Shown: in pieces, positions 51,149 through 61,448 of the stretch | How the letters are laid out: each line of letters begins with the position of its first letter | Numbering within the stretch: the stretch's first letter is position 1 | Assembly: GCA_963666985.2 (NCBI GenBank) | Contig: CAXXIA010000001.1 | Location: 1,376,001-1,440,000, forward strand | From: Spirochaetia bacterium | GTDB lineage: Bacteria; Spirochaetota; Spirochaetia; DSM-2461 | Direction: 5' to 3' | DNA length: 64,000 bases | Program-made: the position numbers and the translations under genes | Notes under the pieces: generated by a model | Told to the model about the DNA's origin: nothing | Databases searched by the model: none | The model's input: only the letters and a program-made list of their open reading frames with translations

Positions 51149-52387
51149 CTAAAAGAATTCACCGAGCCAACGAATAAATCCCTTGAAGAGACTCATTGAT
51201 TCGGCTTCGTTTTCCGCCGTATCTCCGGTTTCGGCCGAACGAACGACCGCATCCCCCAGCAAAATCAGACCCGCAGCGGTTGTCCATTGCGGATTTCGGC
51301 ATATTTCGGGCCACTCGACGGAGGCCTTCGGAGCACCGATTCTCACCGGAAGATCAAAAGACCGTTCGGCCAGTTCCACCACTCCGTTCAGCAGCGATCC
51401 GCCGCCGGTAAGAACCACGCCTCCCGTAGGCCGGGAGAGTCCGGGGACACGATTGATCCGCCGGCGGATCATCCCGAACAGTTCGTCCATGCGGGGCTTG
51501 AGGATGCGGCAGATTTCCGACATAGGAACAGAAGACGGAGGCCGTCCGCCCACGCCGGGAATAATCACCGGCTCTTCGGCATCCATTACGGATTCCCAGC
51601 AGCATCCGGATTCGATTTTGATTCTCTCGGCCGCATCCAGAGATGTTTTCAGGACGATGGACAAATCGGAACTTACCTGATTCCCGCCGACGGGAACCGA
51701 TCCTGTTACCCTCGGCGCGCCGCCCTGAACGAGAATGTAATCCGTTGAGGATGCGCCGATATCGACAAGGAGCACGCCCAGTTCCTTCTCGTCTTCACTT
51801 AAAACCGATCGGGCGGCGGCCAGGGAGCCCAGGGCGAAATTCCCCACCCTGTAATCGGCCCGCTCAACCGCCTTTTTCATGTTTCCCACGGCCGAGACCG
51901 ACGCGGTCACGATATGCACTTCGGCCTCAAGACGAACACCGATCATGTCCAGAGGATTCTTCACCCCGCCCTGATCGTCGATGATGTACTCCTGGGGCAG
52001 AACGTGCAGGATGTCCTTATCCATCGGAATCACGACGGCCTTGGCCGCTTCGAGGACGCGGTCCACGTCCGTTTGTCCGATTTCCCGGTTTTTTCCCGAT
52101 ACGGCGACCACTCCGCGGGAATTCAGTCCGTCCACGACACCGCCGCCGAGCGATGCCCACAGTTCGGTTACGGTGCGGCCCGCTTCCTGCTCGGCCTCTT
52201 CCACGGCGGCCTGAACCGATTCACGGGCCGCCTCGATGTTCACGACAACCCCTTTTCTCAAACCTTCCGAACGGCAGGCGCCCCAGCCGGAAACAAGAAG
52301 TTCGCCTTTGGATGAATACTCGGCCACCAGAACCCTGATGCTTTCGGAGCCGATATCCAAACCCGCGATGACTCTGCTTTCGGTCAT
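51149..52387 (-). CDS. ftsA: cell division protein FtsA
   Basis: GLDIGS, GLRKGVVVNIE, VDIGA, VLTGGGS. Confidence 0.95.
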   Translation of the reverse strand: MTESRVIAGLDIGSESIRVLVAEYSSKGELLVSGWGACRSEGLRKGVVVNIEAARESVQAAVEEAEQEAGRTVTELWASLGGGVVDGLNSRGVVAVSGKNREIGQTDVDRVLEAAKAVVIPMDKDILHVLPQEYIIDDQGGVKNPLDMIGVRLEAEVHIVTASVSAVGNMKKAVERADYRVGNFALGSLAAARSVLSEDEKELGVLLVDIGASSTDYILVQGGAPRVTGSVPVGGNQVSSDLSIVLKTSLDAAERIKIESGCCWESVMDAEEPVIIPGVGGRPPSSVPMSEICRILKPRMDELFGMIRRRINRVPGLSRPTGGVVLTGGGSLLNGVVELAERSFDLPVRIGAPKASVEWPEICRNPQWTTAAGLILLGDAVVRSAETGDTAENEAESMSLFKGFIRWLGEFF

Positions 52388-53161
52388 CTAAATTCCCTCC
52401 GCCCGATGAAACACGACGTGACCGCCTCTCATATCAGCCTCTTCCACCGATCCGAGATCGGCCGAATCCAGAACATCCAGGACAAGAACGGCTCGTCCGA
52501 TGGACTCGGCCGTCAGTTCCCCGTCGATAAGAATGGGAATCCTGACATGATTCATATACAAACGCAGATCGTACCCTTCCCCTTCGGGAAGAATTTCTAT
52601 TTCCGAAACAAGATTGAACAGCTTCAGATCCGTATCGCGAAGTTTCGACAAATCCGCCAGAACGGGCCACAGCGTTTCGGGGAGCCGGGCGCCGAGATCG
52701 GGTTTCGGGAAATGAGGTCCCGTAATAACGGGAAGATCCAATCCGGACGTACCGCCGCCGACTTTCACCGCGTAGCCCTCTTCGTCGAAAACCGCCGGAA
52801 CGGGCGTGCCGCCTTCTCCCGTCAGAGCGACGGCGAGAGGCCGTCGCCGATACACGTAAAGTTTGAGCGTATCGGGGAAAACCTTTTCAACTTCCGCTTT
52901 TCTGACGACCGGATACGATTCCAAACGCGCTTCCAGCTCATCCTCTTCCAGCGCGGCCCAGGAGCGCCCTTCGAGATCCAGCATTTCCAGCAGCTGACCG
53001 TCCGTAAGGGACAAATCGCTTTCAACAACGATCTTTTTAATGGAAAGGCCGGGCGCGACGGCGCGCGACCAGACAACCTCTCCGGTCAACGCGGCGGCGG
53101 CGGCAAGGGCGGCGGCCGCAGAGGCAAAGCGCCAGCGGCGCCGGGAATATACGGCGTTCAT
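52388..53161 (-). CDS. ftsQ: cell division protein FtsQ/DivIB
   Basis: TM plus POTRA (VEKVFPDTL, RRPLA), LPVITG, DMR C-terminal motif; ATGA overlap with ftsW. Confidence 0.82.
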   Translation of the reverse strand: MNAVYSRRRWRFASAAAALAAAAALTGEVVWSRAVAPGLSIKKIVVESDLSLTDGQLLEMLDLEGRSWAALEEDELEARLESYPVVRKAEVEKVFPDTLKLYVYRRRPLAVALTGEGGTPVPAVFDEEGYAVKVGGGTSGLDLPVITGPHFPKPDLGARLPETLWPVLADLSKLRDTDLKLFNLVSEIEILPEGEGYDLRLYMNHVRIPILIDGELTAESIGRAVLVLDVLDSADLGSVEEADMRGGHVVFHRAEGI

Positions 53162-54279
53162 TCGGCCGACCTCGCCAGATTGTGAATCAGTCCGAAAACA
53201 ATCAGCGTTACGAACGCGGCCGAACCACCGGCGGAAAAAAGCGGAAGAGGAATCCCCGTCGCCGGAAGAAGTCCGCATACGACGGCGAAATTCACCAAAG
53301 CCTGCCAATAAACGGCCGCGGTCAGACCGAAAATTCCCCACCGGGAAAAAGCGTCTTCGGAACGCTGAGCGGCTTTCCAGCCCAAATAGGCGAAAATGGA
53401 GAAGAGAAGAAGAATGCCCGCGATTCCAATGAACCCGGCTTCCTCCCCGATAACGGCCACGACGAAATCCGAATGAGCGGCGGGGAGTCCTCCGCGTTTT
53501 ACTTCGCCTCGTCCCAATCCCCGGCCCCAGATTCCTCCGCGCAAAAGCGCGGTTTTGGCTCGCAGCAGCTGATAACCGGCTCCGGAGGGATCGGCCTTGG
53601 GATGAAACCAGGAACGGAGCCGTTCCAGCCGATACGGTTTGGTCAGCAGCATTGTCGCCGCGCTGAGGAGAGCCGCGCACGCCGACACGCCGATGGCCGC
53701 CCGGGAAACACCGGCGGCGACAAACATTCCCATGGCAAGAACCAGAAGATACGCCGCGGTGGAAAAATCGTTTTGGAAATACACCGAAAGAACCAGCGCC
53801 GAAACAACCAGCAGGGAAGGCAGAAGACCGTCCCTGAAATTCCTCAGGCGCCCTTCGTTCTTTTCAAGCATTCGGGCCAAATACAGCACCAGAACCACCC
53901 TGGTGATTTCCGAAGGCTGAAACGTTAATCCGAAAAGCTCCACCCATCGGCGGGCGCCGCCGGAGGAATACCCGAGACCGGGGATGTATGTGAGCAGGTT
54001 CAATCCGAAAGCCGCCCAGACCAGAGCCGGCACCGATTTGCGGATCAGTGTTTTCGGCAGCCGCGAAACGGCAAACGCGAAAAGGGTTCCCAGAGCCATC
54101 CAAATAAGCTGGCGGCGCCATATGCGAAACGGATCGCCGAACACCGCCGCCGCGAAATACCAAGAAGCGGAGAACAGAAACGCCGCTCCGATTGTCGCGA
54201 TGAGGAATTGGACCGCGGCCATGTTTCTCATCGGCTCGGCGGCCCATCTGCGTTCCGCTCGGAAAAAACCCGAATTCAA
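53158..54279 (-). CDS. ftsW: SEDS peptidoglycan polymerase FtsW
   Basis: GARRW, FQPSE, GYQ, AHSDF, EEAG, GIPLPLFSAGGS; start approximate (TTG 54279 or GTG 54282). Confidence 0.92.
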   Translation of the reverse strand: MNSGFFRAERRWAAEPMRNMAAVQFLIATIGAAFLFSASWYFAAAVFGDPFRIWRRQLIWMALGTLFAFAVSRLPKTLIRKSVPALVWAAFGLNLLTYIPGLGYSSGGARRWVELFGLTFQPSEITRVVLVLYLARMLEKNEGRLRNFRDGLLPSLLVVSALVLSVYFQNDFSTAAYLLVLAMGMFVAAGVSRAAIGVSACAALLSAATMLLTKPYRLERLRSWFHPKADPSGAGYQLLRAKTALLRGGIWGRGLGRGEVKRGGLPAAHSDFVVAVIGEEAGFIGIAGILLLFSIFAYLGWKAAQRSEDAFSRWGIFGLTAAVYWQALVNFAVVCGLLPATGIPLPLFSAGGSAAFVTLIVFGLIHNLARSAE

Positions 54280-54290
54280 CACCCGCCTCC

Positions 54291-55370
54291 CTACTGGATT
54301 TTCAGAGTGCTGAGGCCGAGGATGGCGAACATGCCGCCGAGAATCCAAAATCTCGCGACGACCTTGCTTTCCGCCCAGCCGGACAGTTCGAAGTGATGAT
54401 GCAGAGGGGCCATTTTAAACACCCTGCGTCCCGTTCTTTTAAAATGCGCCACCTGAATCATCACCGACAGCGTTTCCATAACGAAAACGCCCCCGATAAT
54501 TAAAAGAAGGATTTCTTTTTTCAGAAGGAGAGAGAACACCGCCAGAAGAGCGCCGAGGCTCAAGCTTCCCGTGTCGCCCATCATCACCTCGGCGGGATGG
54601 GCGTTGAACCAGAGGAATCCCACGCAGGCGCCGATAAGGGCCGTGGCCCCGACGGTCAGTTCACCCGCTCCGCTCAAATAGGGAATAAAGAGATACTGCG
54701 CGAATTGAGAATGCCCCGTCAGATAAGCGAGCCCCGTAACGGCGATCAGCGCGATGATGATAAGACCGGCGGCCAGGCCGTCCAGCCCGTCGGTCAGATT
54801 CACGGCATTGGACATCCCGACGATAAGAAACATGCCGAAGGGGATGTAAAACACGCCCATGTCGAAAAGCGCGTTCTTCAAGAACGGAACGTAAAACAAA
54901 GTTGTCTGCTCATTCCGCGAAAGATAAATAATCAGCATAACGACGAACGCGACCAGAACTTGACCGGAAAACTTCACGCGCGCCCTCAGCCCGTCCGAAT
55001 TCTTTTTCGTAATCTTCAGATAGTCGTCGGCGAATCCGAGCAGCCCGAAACCGACGGCCGTGGCGAGAATAACCCAGGTATAAATGGAGGAAACCTCCTG
55101 CCAAAGAGCAACGGAAACAAGGAAGGATGCGAGGATGAGAGTCCCGCCCATCGTCGGCGTACCGGCTTTGGTCAAATGCGTCTGCGGACCGTCCAAGCGG
55201 ACTTCCTGCCCCAGCTTCAGCGCCGTCAGCTTCCTGATAACCCAGGGACCGAATAAAAAAGAAATCAGCAGCGCCGTTACCGCCGCATACGCCGAACGGA
55301 ACGTTATATATTGAAAAAGATTGAATGCCTTGATGGAATGCACCAAAGGATAGAGAACAGCTTTTATCAT
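54291..55370 (-). CDS. mraY: phospho-N-acetylmuramoyl-pentapeptide transferase
   Basis: KAGTPTMGG, DDYLK, NAVNLTDGLDGL, MGDTGS, MAPLHHHFE. Confidence 0.97.
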   Translation of the reverse strand: MIKAVLYPLVHSIKAFNLFQYITFRSAYAAVTALLISFLFGPWVIRKLTALKLGQEVRLDGPQTHLTKAGTPTMGGTLILASFLVSVALWQEVSSIYTWVILATAVGFGLLGFADDYLKITKKNSDGLRARVKFSGQVLVAFVVMLIIYLSRNEQTTLFYVPFLKNALFDMGVFYIPFGMFLIVGMSNAVNLTDGLDGLAAGLIIIALIAVTGLAYLTGHSQFAQYLFIPYLSGAGELTVGATALIGACVGFLWFNAHPAEVMMGDTGSLSLGALLAVFSLLLKKEILLLIIGGVFVMETLSVMIQVAHFKRTGRRVFKMAPLHHHFELSGWAESKVVARFWILGGMFAILGLSTLKIQ

Positions 55371-55386
55371 CACCCCTCCCGAAGAC

Positions 55387-56772
55387 TTAAGGTTTTACCC
55401 CGGTCCCGACCTCCGACAATACCCCGTCCAGGCGCTCCAAAGCGCCGGCTCGGGAGCCCTTCAGCAGCACGATGTCGCCGGGGACCAAAAAATCTGCAAG
55501 AACCGACTTCAGCTCTTCCATCTCTTTAAATTCACGAAGTTCGCCGCCGAATCCGGCCGCCGCCGCCCCTTCTTTCGCGTTGTGCATTCCCTCGCCGAAA
55601 AGGAAAATGGCATCGGGACCGGCCGCGGCGGCCGCTCCCCCGGCCTTGCGCAGTGCGTCCTCGGTTTCATCTCCCAATTCGCGAAGTTCGCCCAAAACGA
55701 GGATTCGGCGGCCTTCGGATTGAATCGTCTTCAACAAATCAAGCGCGGCTTCCAGGGATTCGGGGTTCGCGTTATAGCAATCCCGAATCACCGTAACCGC
55801 CCCTTTAACCACTTCGGAACGTCCGAAGAACGGGCGAACGGATTGCAGAGCACTTACCACGGCTTCTTCCGGCGCACCCAGCACTCCCGCCGCGGCCGCG
55901 GCCGCCATCGCGTTTTTCAGATTGTGGATTCCCGGAAGAGCGAAATGGATTTTTTTTCCGTACCTCGTAATCTCGAAGCCCTCAAGGCCCAGATTCTCAT
56001 ACGAATCCCAGCCGTCGGCATTCCACCGGCCGAATTCCACGACCGTTCCGGGGTATCCTTTTACAAGAAAATCCTTCCAAGGCTCATCCCAGGCAACCAC
56101 GGCCGTTGAAGCGGGCCCGGCACCGTTGAAAACGGCGCGTTTCTCGGCCGCCAGAGCTTTCCTGGAACCGAGCATGCCGACATGAGCGCTGCCGATGTTC
56201 GTTATCACCGCAATATCGAGACGGGCCGTTTCCGCCAAGAGAGCCATCTCTCCGATGCGGTTCATGCCCATTTCCAGTACGGCAATCTCATGATGAGGGC
56301 GCAGTCCGAGAAGCGTTAAAGGCAGTCCGATATCCGAGTTATAATTTCCTTCCGTGGCCAGAACGCCCTCGCCCTTCCAGGCCCTCAGAATCGCCGCGAG
56401 GATTTCCTTCGTCGTCGTTTTCCCGTTACTTCCGGTAATGCCGATAATCTTCAGATCCTTCGCCTCTTCCCGCAGGAAGCGGGCGAGCTTCTGCAAAGCG
56501 GCCAAAGGATCGCTCACGGCGATCAAAGCCTTATCCGCCGGAGGTTCGGGTAATTTCTTGGATTCGTCCGCGAGAGCGGCGCTTGCTCCGGCCGTCCAGG
56601 CATCCTCTATATAGCGGACACCGTCGGTTTGTTCCCCCGAAAGAGCGACATACAGATCGTCTTTCCGGCAGATCCTGGAATCGGCGCGCCCGCCCGATAT
56701 CACGGCTACGGGATTCCCGATGAGTTTACCGCCGATGATCTCGGCGATTCGGGCGGCATTTGGAACCGTCAT
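55387..56772 (-). CDS. murF: UDP-MurNAc-tripeptide--D-Ala-D-Ala ligase
   Basis: ITGSNGKTTTKE, EMGM, DCYNANPES, LKGSR. Confidence 0.95.
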   Translation of the reverse strand: MTVPNAARIAEIIGGKLIGNPVAVISGGRADSRICRKDDLYVALSGEQTDGVRYIEDAWTAGASAALADESKKLPEPPADKALIAVSDPLAALQKLARFLREEAKDLKIIGITGSNGKTTTKEILAAILRAWKGEGVLATEGNYNSDIGLPLTLLGLRPHHEIAVLEMGMNRIGEMALLAETARLDIAVITNIGSAHVGMLGSRKALAAEKRAVFNGAGPASTAVVAWDEPWKDFLVKGYPGTVVEFGRWNADGWDSYENLGLEGFEITRYGKKIHFALPGIHNLKNAMAAAAAAGVLGAPEEAVVSALQSVRPFFGRSEVVKGAVTVIRDCYNANPESLEAALDLLKTIQSEGRRILVLGELRELGDETEDALRKAGGAAAAAGPDAIFLFGEGMHNAKEGAAAAGFGGELREFKEMEELKSVLADFLVPGDIVLLKGSRAGALERLDGVLSEVGTGVKP

Positions 56773-57056
56773 CGCGATTCCTCCGGATTTTCCGGGAATC
56801 TGACCTGAAGTACGTCCTCGGGCGCCGCGTTCTTCAATCCGAGCGAATCAACGGCCACTCCGTAGATTCGTTCCGGAGCGTCGTAAACCGCGATACCGGC
56901 CTGAAGACGTCTGTTTTTCTCCAAAAGATCTTTCTGCCGGCTTTCCGCGGCGACCATTTCCTCGCGAACGGTAACATAACGGTATGCCTGGAAAATCTGA
57001 AGCATCATCAGAGACGGAATACTCAGCAAAATCAGAACGGAAAGGATTCTCTTCAT
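56769..57056 (-). CDS. ftsL: cell division protein FtsL-like
   Basis: TM plus coiled coil, PERI...LGL; follows rsmH. Confidence 0.75.
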   Translation of the reverse strand: MKRILSVLILLSIPSLMMLQIFQAYRYVTVREEMVAAESRQKDLLEKNRRLQAGIAVYDAPERIYGVAVDSLGLKNAAPEDVLQVRFPENPEESR

Positions 57057-57958
57057 TCCACTCCCTCCGAAAAGAGCCTGCGGACGGCCCGGAATTTCGC
57101 GCTCCGGGAAGGAGGATTTTCCCTGATTTCCCGTTCTCCGGGAACAAGCGGCTTGCGCGTCAGAACCTCAAAGGTACCGCCGTAGCGTACATCCAGCGCC
57201 CTAAAAGCTCTTTTTACCATTCGGTCTTCGAGTGAATGGAAACTGATAATACCCAGTCGGCCGTCTTTTGCCAGAAGCCGCGGCGCACTCTCAAGCAGTC
57301 TTCCAAGGCGGTCGAGCTCACCGTTTACGGCGATCCTGAGGGCCTGAAAGGTTCGGGTTGCCGGATGGATTCGGCCGTGACGCGCCTGCGGCGGAACGGC
57401 AGAAACAACGATGAGCGCCAAATCGGAGGCTTGTTCAATCCGCCCTTCGCGCCGTTTTTCGATAATTCTTCGGGCGATTCGGCGGCTGTAGCGCTCTTCA
57501 CCGAATGTATAGATTAAATCCGCGAGATCGTCCTCCCTCATTGAGTTCACGATATCCGCGGCGCTTTGTCCGGAAGATCCGCTTAATCTCATATCAAGAG
57601 GTTCGTTTCCCGAAAAAGAGAATCCGCGTCCGCTGCCCTCATAGTGGTACGTGGAAATCCCCAAATCCATCAAAATAACATCCGGTTCCCGCTCATTCCA
57701 GCGTGAGAGAACCTCGTCGCTCCAGCCGACCCGAGCCTCAAAGCGGTCCGACCATTTCGAAAGGCGCTCGGCGGCTCTGGATGCCATTACGGGATCGGCA
57801 TCAATCCCCACAACATGAGCTTCGGGATAGGCGGCAAGGAACCTTTCGGAATGGCCGCCTTCGCCCAGAGTTCCGTCAACGATAAAAGCGTCTCTTCCGG
57901 CCGGTGCCAAGTATTCCAGGACTTCATCGGGCATAACCGACACATGAACGGGAATCAC
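57053..57958 (-). CDS. rsmH: 16S rRNA (cytosine1402-N4)-methyltransferase
   Basis: DGTLGEGGHS, DLGIS, RGFSF, PLDMR, FQALRIAVN, SFHSLEDR. Confidence 0.96.
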   Translation of the reverse strand: MIPVHVSVMPDEVLEYLAPAGRDAFIVDGTLGEGGHSERFLAAYPEAHVVGIDADPVMASRAAERLSKWSDRFEARVGWSDEVLSRWNEREPDVILMDLGISTYHYEGSGRGFSFSGNEPLDMRLSGSSGQSAADIVNSMREDDLADLIYTFGEERYSRRIARRIIEKRREGRIEQASDLALIVVSAVPPQARHGRIHPATRTFQALRIAVNGELDRLGRLLESAPRLLAKDGRLGIISFHSLEDRMVKRAFRALDVRYGGTFEVLTRKPLVPGEREIRENPPSRSAKFRAVRRLFSEGVE

Positions 57959-58410
57959 GAGGCCGTCTCCGAACCGCCGAAGCCCTCCCAGGTCGTTTTC
58001 ACCTCGGCGGATTGTTCCTCTTCGAAACGCTCATAGACGGCCTCGTCCCAAATTTCCAGCCGCTCACCCATACCGAGGAGATAACACTCCCGGGTAATTC
58101 CCATGGATTTCATTAATGAGGGAGAAAGCTTCACTCTTCCCGATTTATCAATCACCACCTCTTCGGCCGGCGCGATGAAGCGGCGCAGAGCATTCTGCGT
58201 ATCAAGAGAGAATTCGGAAGAACCTTCGATAATCTGACGGGACACCCGCTCCCATTCCTCCGGAAGGTAAAGCCAGAGACATTTTTCAATTCCTTTCGTC
58301 AGAACCAAGGCTTCGCCTGAAATCTGTCCGCGAATCTTCGCGGGAAGAGACAGACGGCCTTTGTCGTCAATGACGATGTTGAATTGTCCCCAAATTCCAG
58401 TCATTCCCAC
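57955..58410 (-). CDS. mraZ: transcriptional regulator MraZ
   Basis: DDKGRLSLP and DKSGRV repeats, LEIWD; start GTG 58410 or ATG 58404. Confidence 0.93.
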   Translation of the reverse strand: MGMTGIWGQFNIVIDDKGRLSLPAKIRGQISGEALVLTKGIEKCLWLYLPEEWERVSRQIIEGSSEFSLDTQNALRRFIAPAEEVVIDKSGRVKLSPSLMKSMGITRECYLLGMGERLEIWDEAVYERFEEEQSAEVKTTWEGFGGSETAS

Positions 58411-58440
58411 GGATTCCTACTTTCTCCCACTTTTTCCCAC
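58406..58440 (-). promoter_or_regulatory. MraZ-binding direct repeats
   Basis: GTGGG-AAAAA-GTGGG-AGAAA-GTAGG-AATCC-GTGGG: four boxes at a 10-bp period. Confidence 0.8.
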
Positions 58441-58448
58441 TTATCTGC

Positions 58449-58477
58449 ATCCTATCTCCCTTAAATTCCACCGTCAA
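58449..58477 (-). promoter_or_regulatory. sigma70 promoter of the mraZ/dcw operon
   Basis: TTGACG-N17-TAGGAT just upstream of the MraZ boxes. Confidence 0.7.
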
Positions 58478-58625
58478 TGAAGAGGAGACAGAAAACGGAG
58501 TTATGGTTATCAAGGCGACGGAAAACCACTATACAAATGACGGAAGGCCTTCCCTGTGCGATCGAAAAGCGGATAAAAACCGTCGGATTTCCTGAATTCG
58601 AAGAAAAATGGGTCGAAAATAAATC

Positions 58626-58907
58626 ATGGACGAAAAAACGACGATCAGGCTCTCCGGAGCTCTCCACGGCAAGGCCGGTATAAACTCCATGAAAGACAAA
58701 TTGGATGAGGCGTGGAATTCGGGCGCGGAGCATCTGGCCGTTGATTTATCGGCCGTTACGGAAATGGATTTCGATGCGATGACAACCCTGCTTTCGGCGA
58801 GAAATAAATTCACCGGAGCGGGCGGGAAAATGATCTTTCAGTCCGTGCCGCCGGGGATTTCCCGTATGGCGGAATTGTTTAAGATTCAGATGGATGTCGG
58901 CGGCTGA
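58626..58907 (+). CDS. STAS domain protein (anti-anti-sigma-like)
   Basis: LAVDLSAVTEMD...LL pattern, 93 aa. Confidence 0.75.
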   Translation: MDEKTTIRLSGALHGKAGINSMKDKLDEAWNSGAEHLAVDLSAVTEMDFDAMTTLLSARNKFTGAGGKMIFQSVPPGISRMAELFKIQMDVGG

Positions 58908-58950
58908 CGCGCGGAGCGGAAATCCCACGCGCGGCCGCAAGGCCCGGGCC

Positions 58951-60555
58951 TTACTTCTTTTTAAAAATCTTGTAATCGATGTCTTTAAAAATATTGTTGC
59001 GCTTTTCGAGTTTCGTCAGCCATTCGGTCTTCACCGTATTTCGGCACAGACTCTCGTAAATCATATTGAAATTGCTGATATGACTCTTCACCCGCCGCTC
59101 CGCATAAAGCACCGTGGTTCCGGTCTTGATGATAAAGGGCCAGTCCGAGGCCTGCGAAAGCAGAACTTCCCGAGCGGCCTGATTCAGCGTTCGGCCCTTC
59201 AAACCGGTCTCGTTGGGAAAACGGTCCACCAACTCGCCCATCCGTTCCACGATTTTATGGGTATGCCGGTAGATCCAATCGTTGGATCCGTCCAGCCAGA
59301 CCTGACCGTAGCCTTTATCGCCCCAGCTCGAAAAGGCGGGTCTGGTTACTTGGGCGTGCGGCCACGTATTCAGATATTCCCGGGGCGTTACCTGAAGAAG
59401 GCCGTGCTCGGCGGCATGGAACTCCCGAAAAAAAGCATCGAGAAAAATCGGTCCTTCATACCACCAGTGGCCGAAGAGCTCCGCGTCGAAAGGCGAAACA
59501 ATCACCGGAGGCCTGTCCATGAGTTCGGTAAGGGTTTCACATTGACGAACCCGGTTCTCCAGGAAGGTTTTCGCGTCGATTTTGGCCTGCTCGGCGCCTT
59601 TATCCGGATCGTAAAGAATTTTCTGATCGGTCTCTCCGGTTATCGCGTAGTACTTGAATCCCGTATTCACCCTGTTTCCGGCTTCAAGAGCATACGGACC
59701 GATATAATCTTCGGGAAGATCAAATCCGATATCCCTGTAGAAGTCCCTGTAATCGGGATGTCCCGGGAATCCGTCCTCAGCCGACCAGATCGCATTGGAT
59801 GCCGCTCTGTCTCGTCCGAAAACGGCTATGCCGTTGGGAGTTTTAATCGGAGCATAAACTCCGTACTTGGGACGTTCGTCCGCATGAAGAACCCCGTGGG
59901 CCGACGAAAGGAAGTATTTCACGCCGTAAGGCTTCAAATACTCTTCAAGTCCGGGAAAATATCCGCATTCGGGAAGCCAGAATCCTTCGGGCATCGCTTT
60001 AAAAAGCCGGTCATGGTTTTCCAGAGCGATGAGGATTTGAGTCCGAATCATGTCCGGATTCTCCCGATACATCGGTAAAAACGCATGCGTGGCGGTGGTT
60101 GTAATCAGTTCCAGATTTCCACTGTCGCGAAAATGCCTGAATCCGCTCAGAATATCCTTGCCGTAGAATTCAAGAAAATCTTCACGGTTGCTCTGAAAAA
60201 GATCCCGGTACATCCGAACAATCTTCAAGCCCGCTTCGTTTCCGGCCAAGCGGGCCTTTTCTTTATCCGCGAGTTCCAGAAGCCTGTCGAGATGTCCGAC
60301 ATACCGTTCTCGAAGAAGATCGTCCTCAAGCATGGAGGTAAGAGTCGGAGACAGAGACAGAGTCATTCGGAACGGAATGCCGTCCTTTTCAAGACCGCGA
60401 AAAACCCGCAGTAAAGGCAGGTAGGTTTCCGAAAGGGCCTCGAAGAACCAATTCTCTTCGAGGAAACGATCGTATTCCGGATGCCTGACAAAGGGAAGAT
60501 GGGCATGAAGCACCATACAGATGAGCCCCGTTCCATTCTCGAGTTCTCTCGGCAT
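58951..60555 (-). CDS. GH57 glycogen branching enzyme (DUF1957)
   Basis: HAHLPFVRHP, ETYLPL, FWLPEC, PFDAELFGHWWYEG, QASDW. Confidence 0.92.
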   Translation of the reverse strand: MPRELENGTGLICMVLHAHLPFVRHPEYDRFLEENWFFEALSETYLPLLRVFRGLEKDGIPFRMTLSLSPTLTSMLEDDLLRERYVGHLDRLLELADKEKARLAGNEAGLKIVRMYRDLFQSNREDFLEFYGKDILSGFRHFRDSGNLELITTTATHAFLPMYRENPDMIRTQILIALENHDRLFKAMPEGFWLPECGYFPGLEEYLKPYGVKYFLSSAHGVLHADERPKYGVYAPIKTPNGIAVFGRDRAASNAIWSAEDGFPGHPDYRDFYRDIGFDLPEDYIGPYALEAGNRVNTGFKYYAITGETDQKILYDPDKGAEQAKIDAKTFLENRVRQCETLTELMDRPPVIVSPFDAELFGHWWYEGPIFLDAFFREFHAAEHGLLQVTPREYLNTWPHAQVTRPAFSSWGDKGYGQVWLDGSNDWIYRHTHKIVERMGELVDRFPNETGLKGRTLNQAAREVLLSQASDWPFIIKTGTTVLYAERRVKSHISNFNMIYESLCRNTVKTEWLTKLEKRNNIFKDIDYKIFKKK

Positions 60556-60557
60556 AT

Positions 60558-61298
60558 CTATTCTTGTTCCCCTTCGGCGCCGGAAATCATGATTCTCTGC
60601 GGCGTATCGTCGGCGGGATAGCCTGATCCGGGAAATAATCCCACGTCCGTGGAAAAACCGGCGTAAGCGATCAGACGGCTGCTGTTCTCTTCTTCATCTC
60701 CCGGAGAGGGAGCGACATAGTCCCGCGAACTCTCAATGATATTCGAACGGACAATGAGCGATTCCTTTTCCCCCACCAGAGCATAAAGCTCCACGCCGTA
60801 AAAAGAATCCTCGCTGGGCAAATTGATATACCGGCGCAAATCCCCGAACTGAATGGGAATATCGAACCAATCGACCACGGAATCCTTGGACCATTCGGGG
60901 CCGGCCAGTTCCGTTACGCGAAGAATCAGTCCGGAATACCCGGAGGCCTTCTCCAGCTCGTTCAGAATACGGTCTTCGATATCCCAATAACAATAAACCC
61001 AAGAAGGATCCCTCAGCATAAGGACAAGACATGTTTCCTGATAACGGTCGGGCAGAACGATTTCATCGCCGAAATTCAAAAACAACTCTTCGTCCTGGCC
61101 GACAGAATATTTTTTGCCCTCCACCCGGATCGTCGTGTTGTGATTATCTTCACGGTCCAGGCGGTCTTCTTCAAAGGCTTCGCATATAACGGCGGCAAGA
61201 GATTCCTTGTCCATATCTTGAAGGACGTTGATATTTCCTTGTGCCGCAATTCGGGATAGCTCGCTGTAGCTCAGCGAAAGCAGCCTGTCTTTCGTCAT
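60558..61298 (-). CDS. DUF4912 domain protein
   Basis: LPDRY...LVLMLRDPSWVYCYWD, VRSN; usual partner upstream of GH57. Confidence 0.85.
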   Translation of the reverse strand: MTKDRLLSLSYSELSRIAAQGNINVLQDMDKESLAAVICEAFEEDRLDREDNHNTTIRVEGKKYSVGQDEELFLNFGDEIVLPDRYQETCLVLMLRDPSWVYCYWDIEDRILNELEKASGYSGLILRVTELAGPEWSKDSVVDWFDIPIQFGDLRRYINLPSEDSFYGVELYALVGEKESLIVRSNIIESSRDYVAPSPGDEEENSSRLIAYAGFSTDVGLFPGSGYPADDTPQRIMISGAEGEQE

Positions 61299-61344
61299 CG
61301 TTTCTCCGGTCCGGCGAAAAGCAGATTACAGTGGGATGGGTGGC

Positions 61345-61373
61345 ATCGTAGGTATTGAACGAAAGAGTGTCAA
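61345..61373 (-). promoter_or_regulatory. sigma70 promoter of DUF4912-GH57
   Basis: TTGACA-N17-TACGAT. Confidence 0.7.
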
Positions 61374-61448
61374 TAGGAGACGAAAGACTCTTTATCCGTG
61401 ATCCAACCAGGGATTTTCGCTTAAAATCACTTCTGTTTTTTATTGACC

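Noticed and set aside
53162..53680. N-terminal extension of FtsQ, and similar extensions of xerD, fliK, motA, flgB and hslU in the ORF track
   Set aside because: They overlap upstream genes or promoter regions; downstream starts give typical lengths.
54291..58410. Absence of ftsI, murE, murD, murG and murC as a novel loss
   Set aside because: A reduced dcw cluster is typical of spirochaetes and these genes are probably elsewhere; this cannot be judged from the window.
58406..58440. Short periodic repeats as a CRISPR array or iterons
   Set aside because: They are 5-bp boxes at a 10-bp period before mraZ, which matches known MraZ operators.
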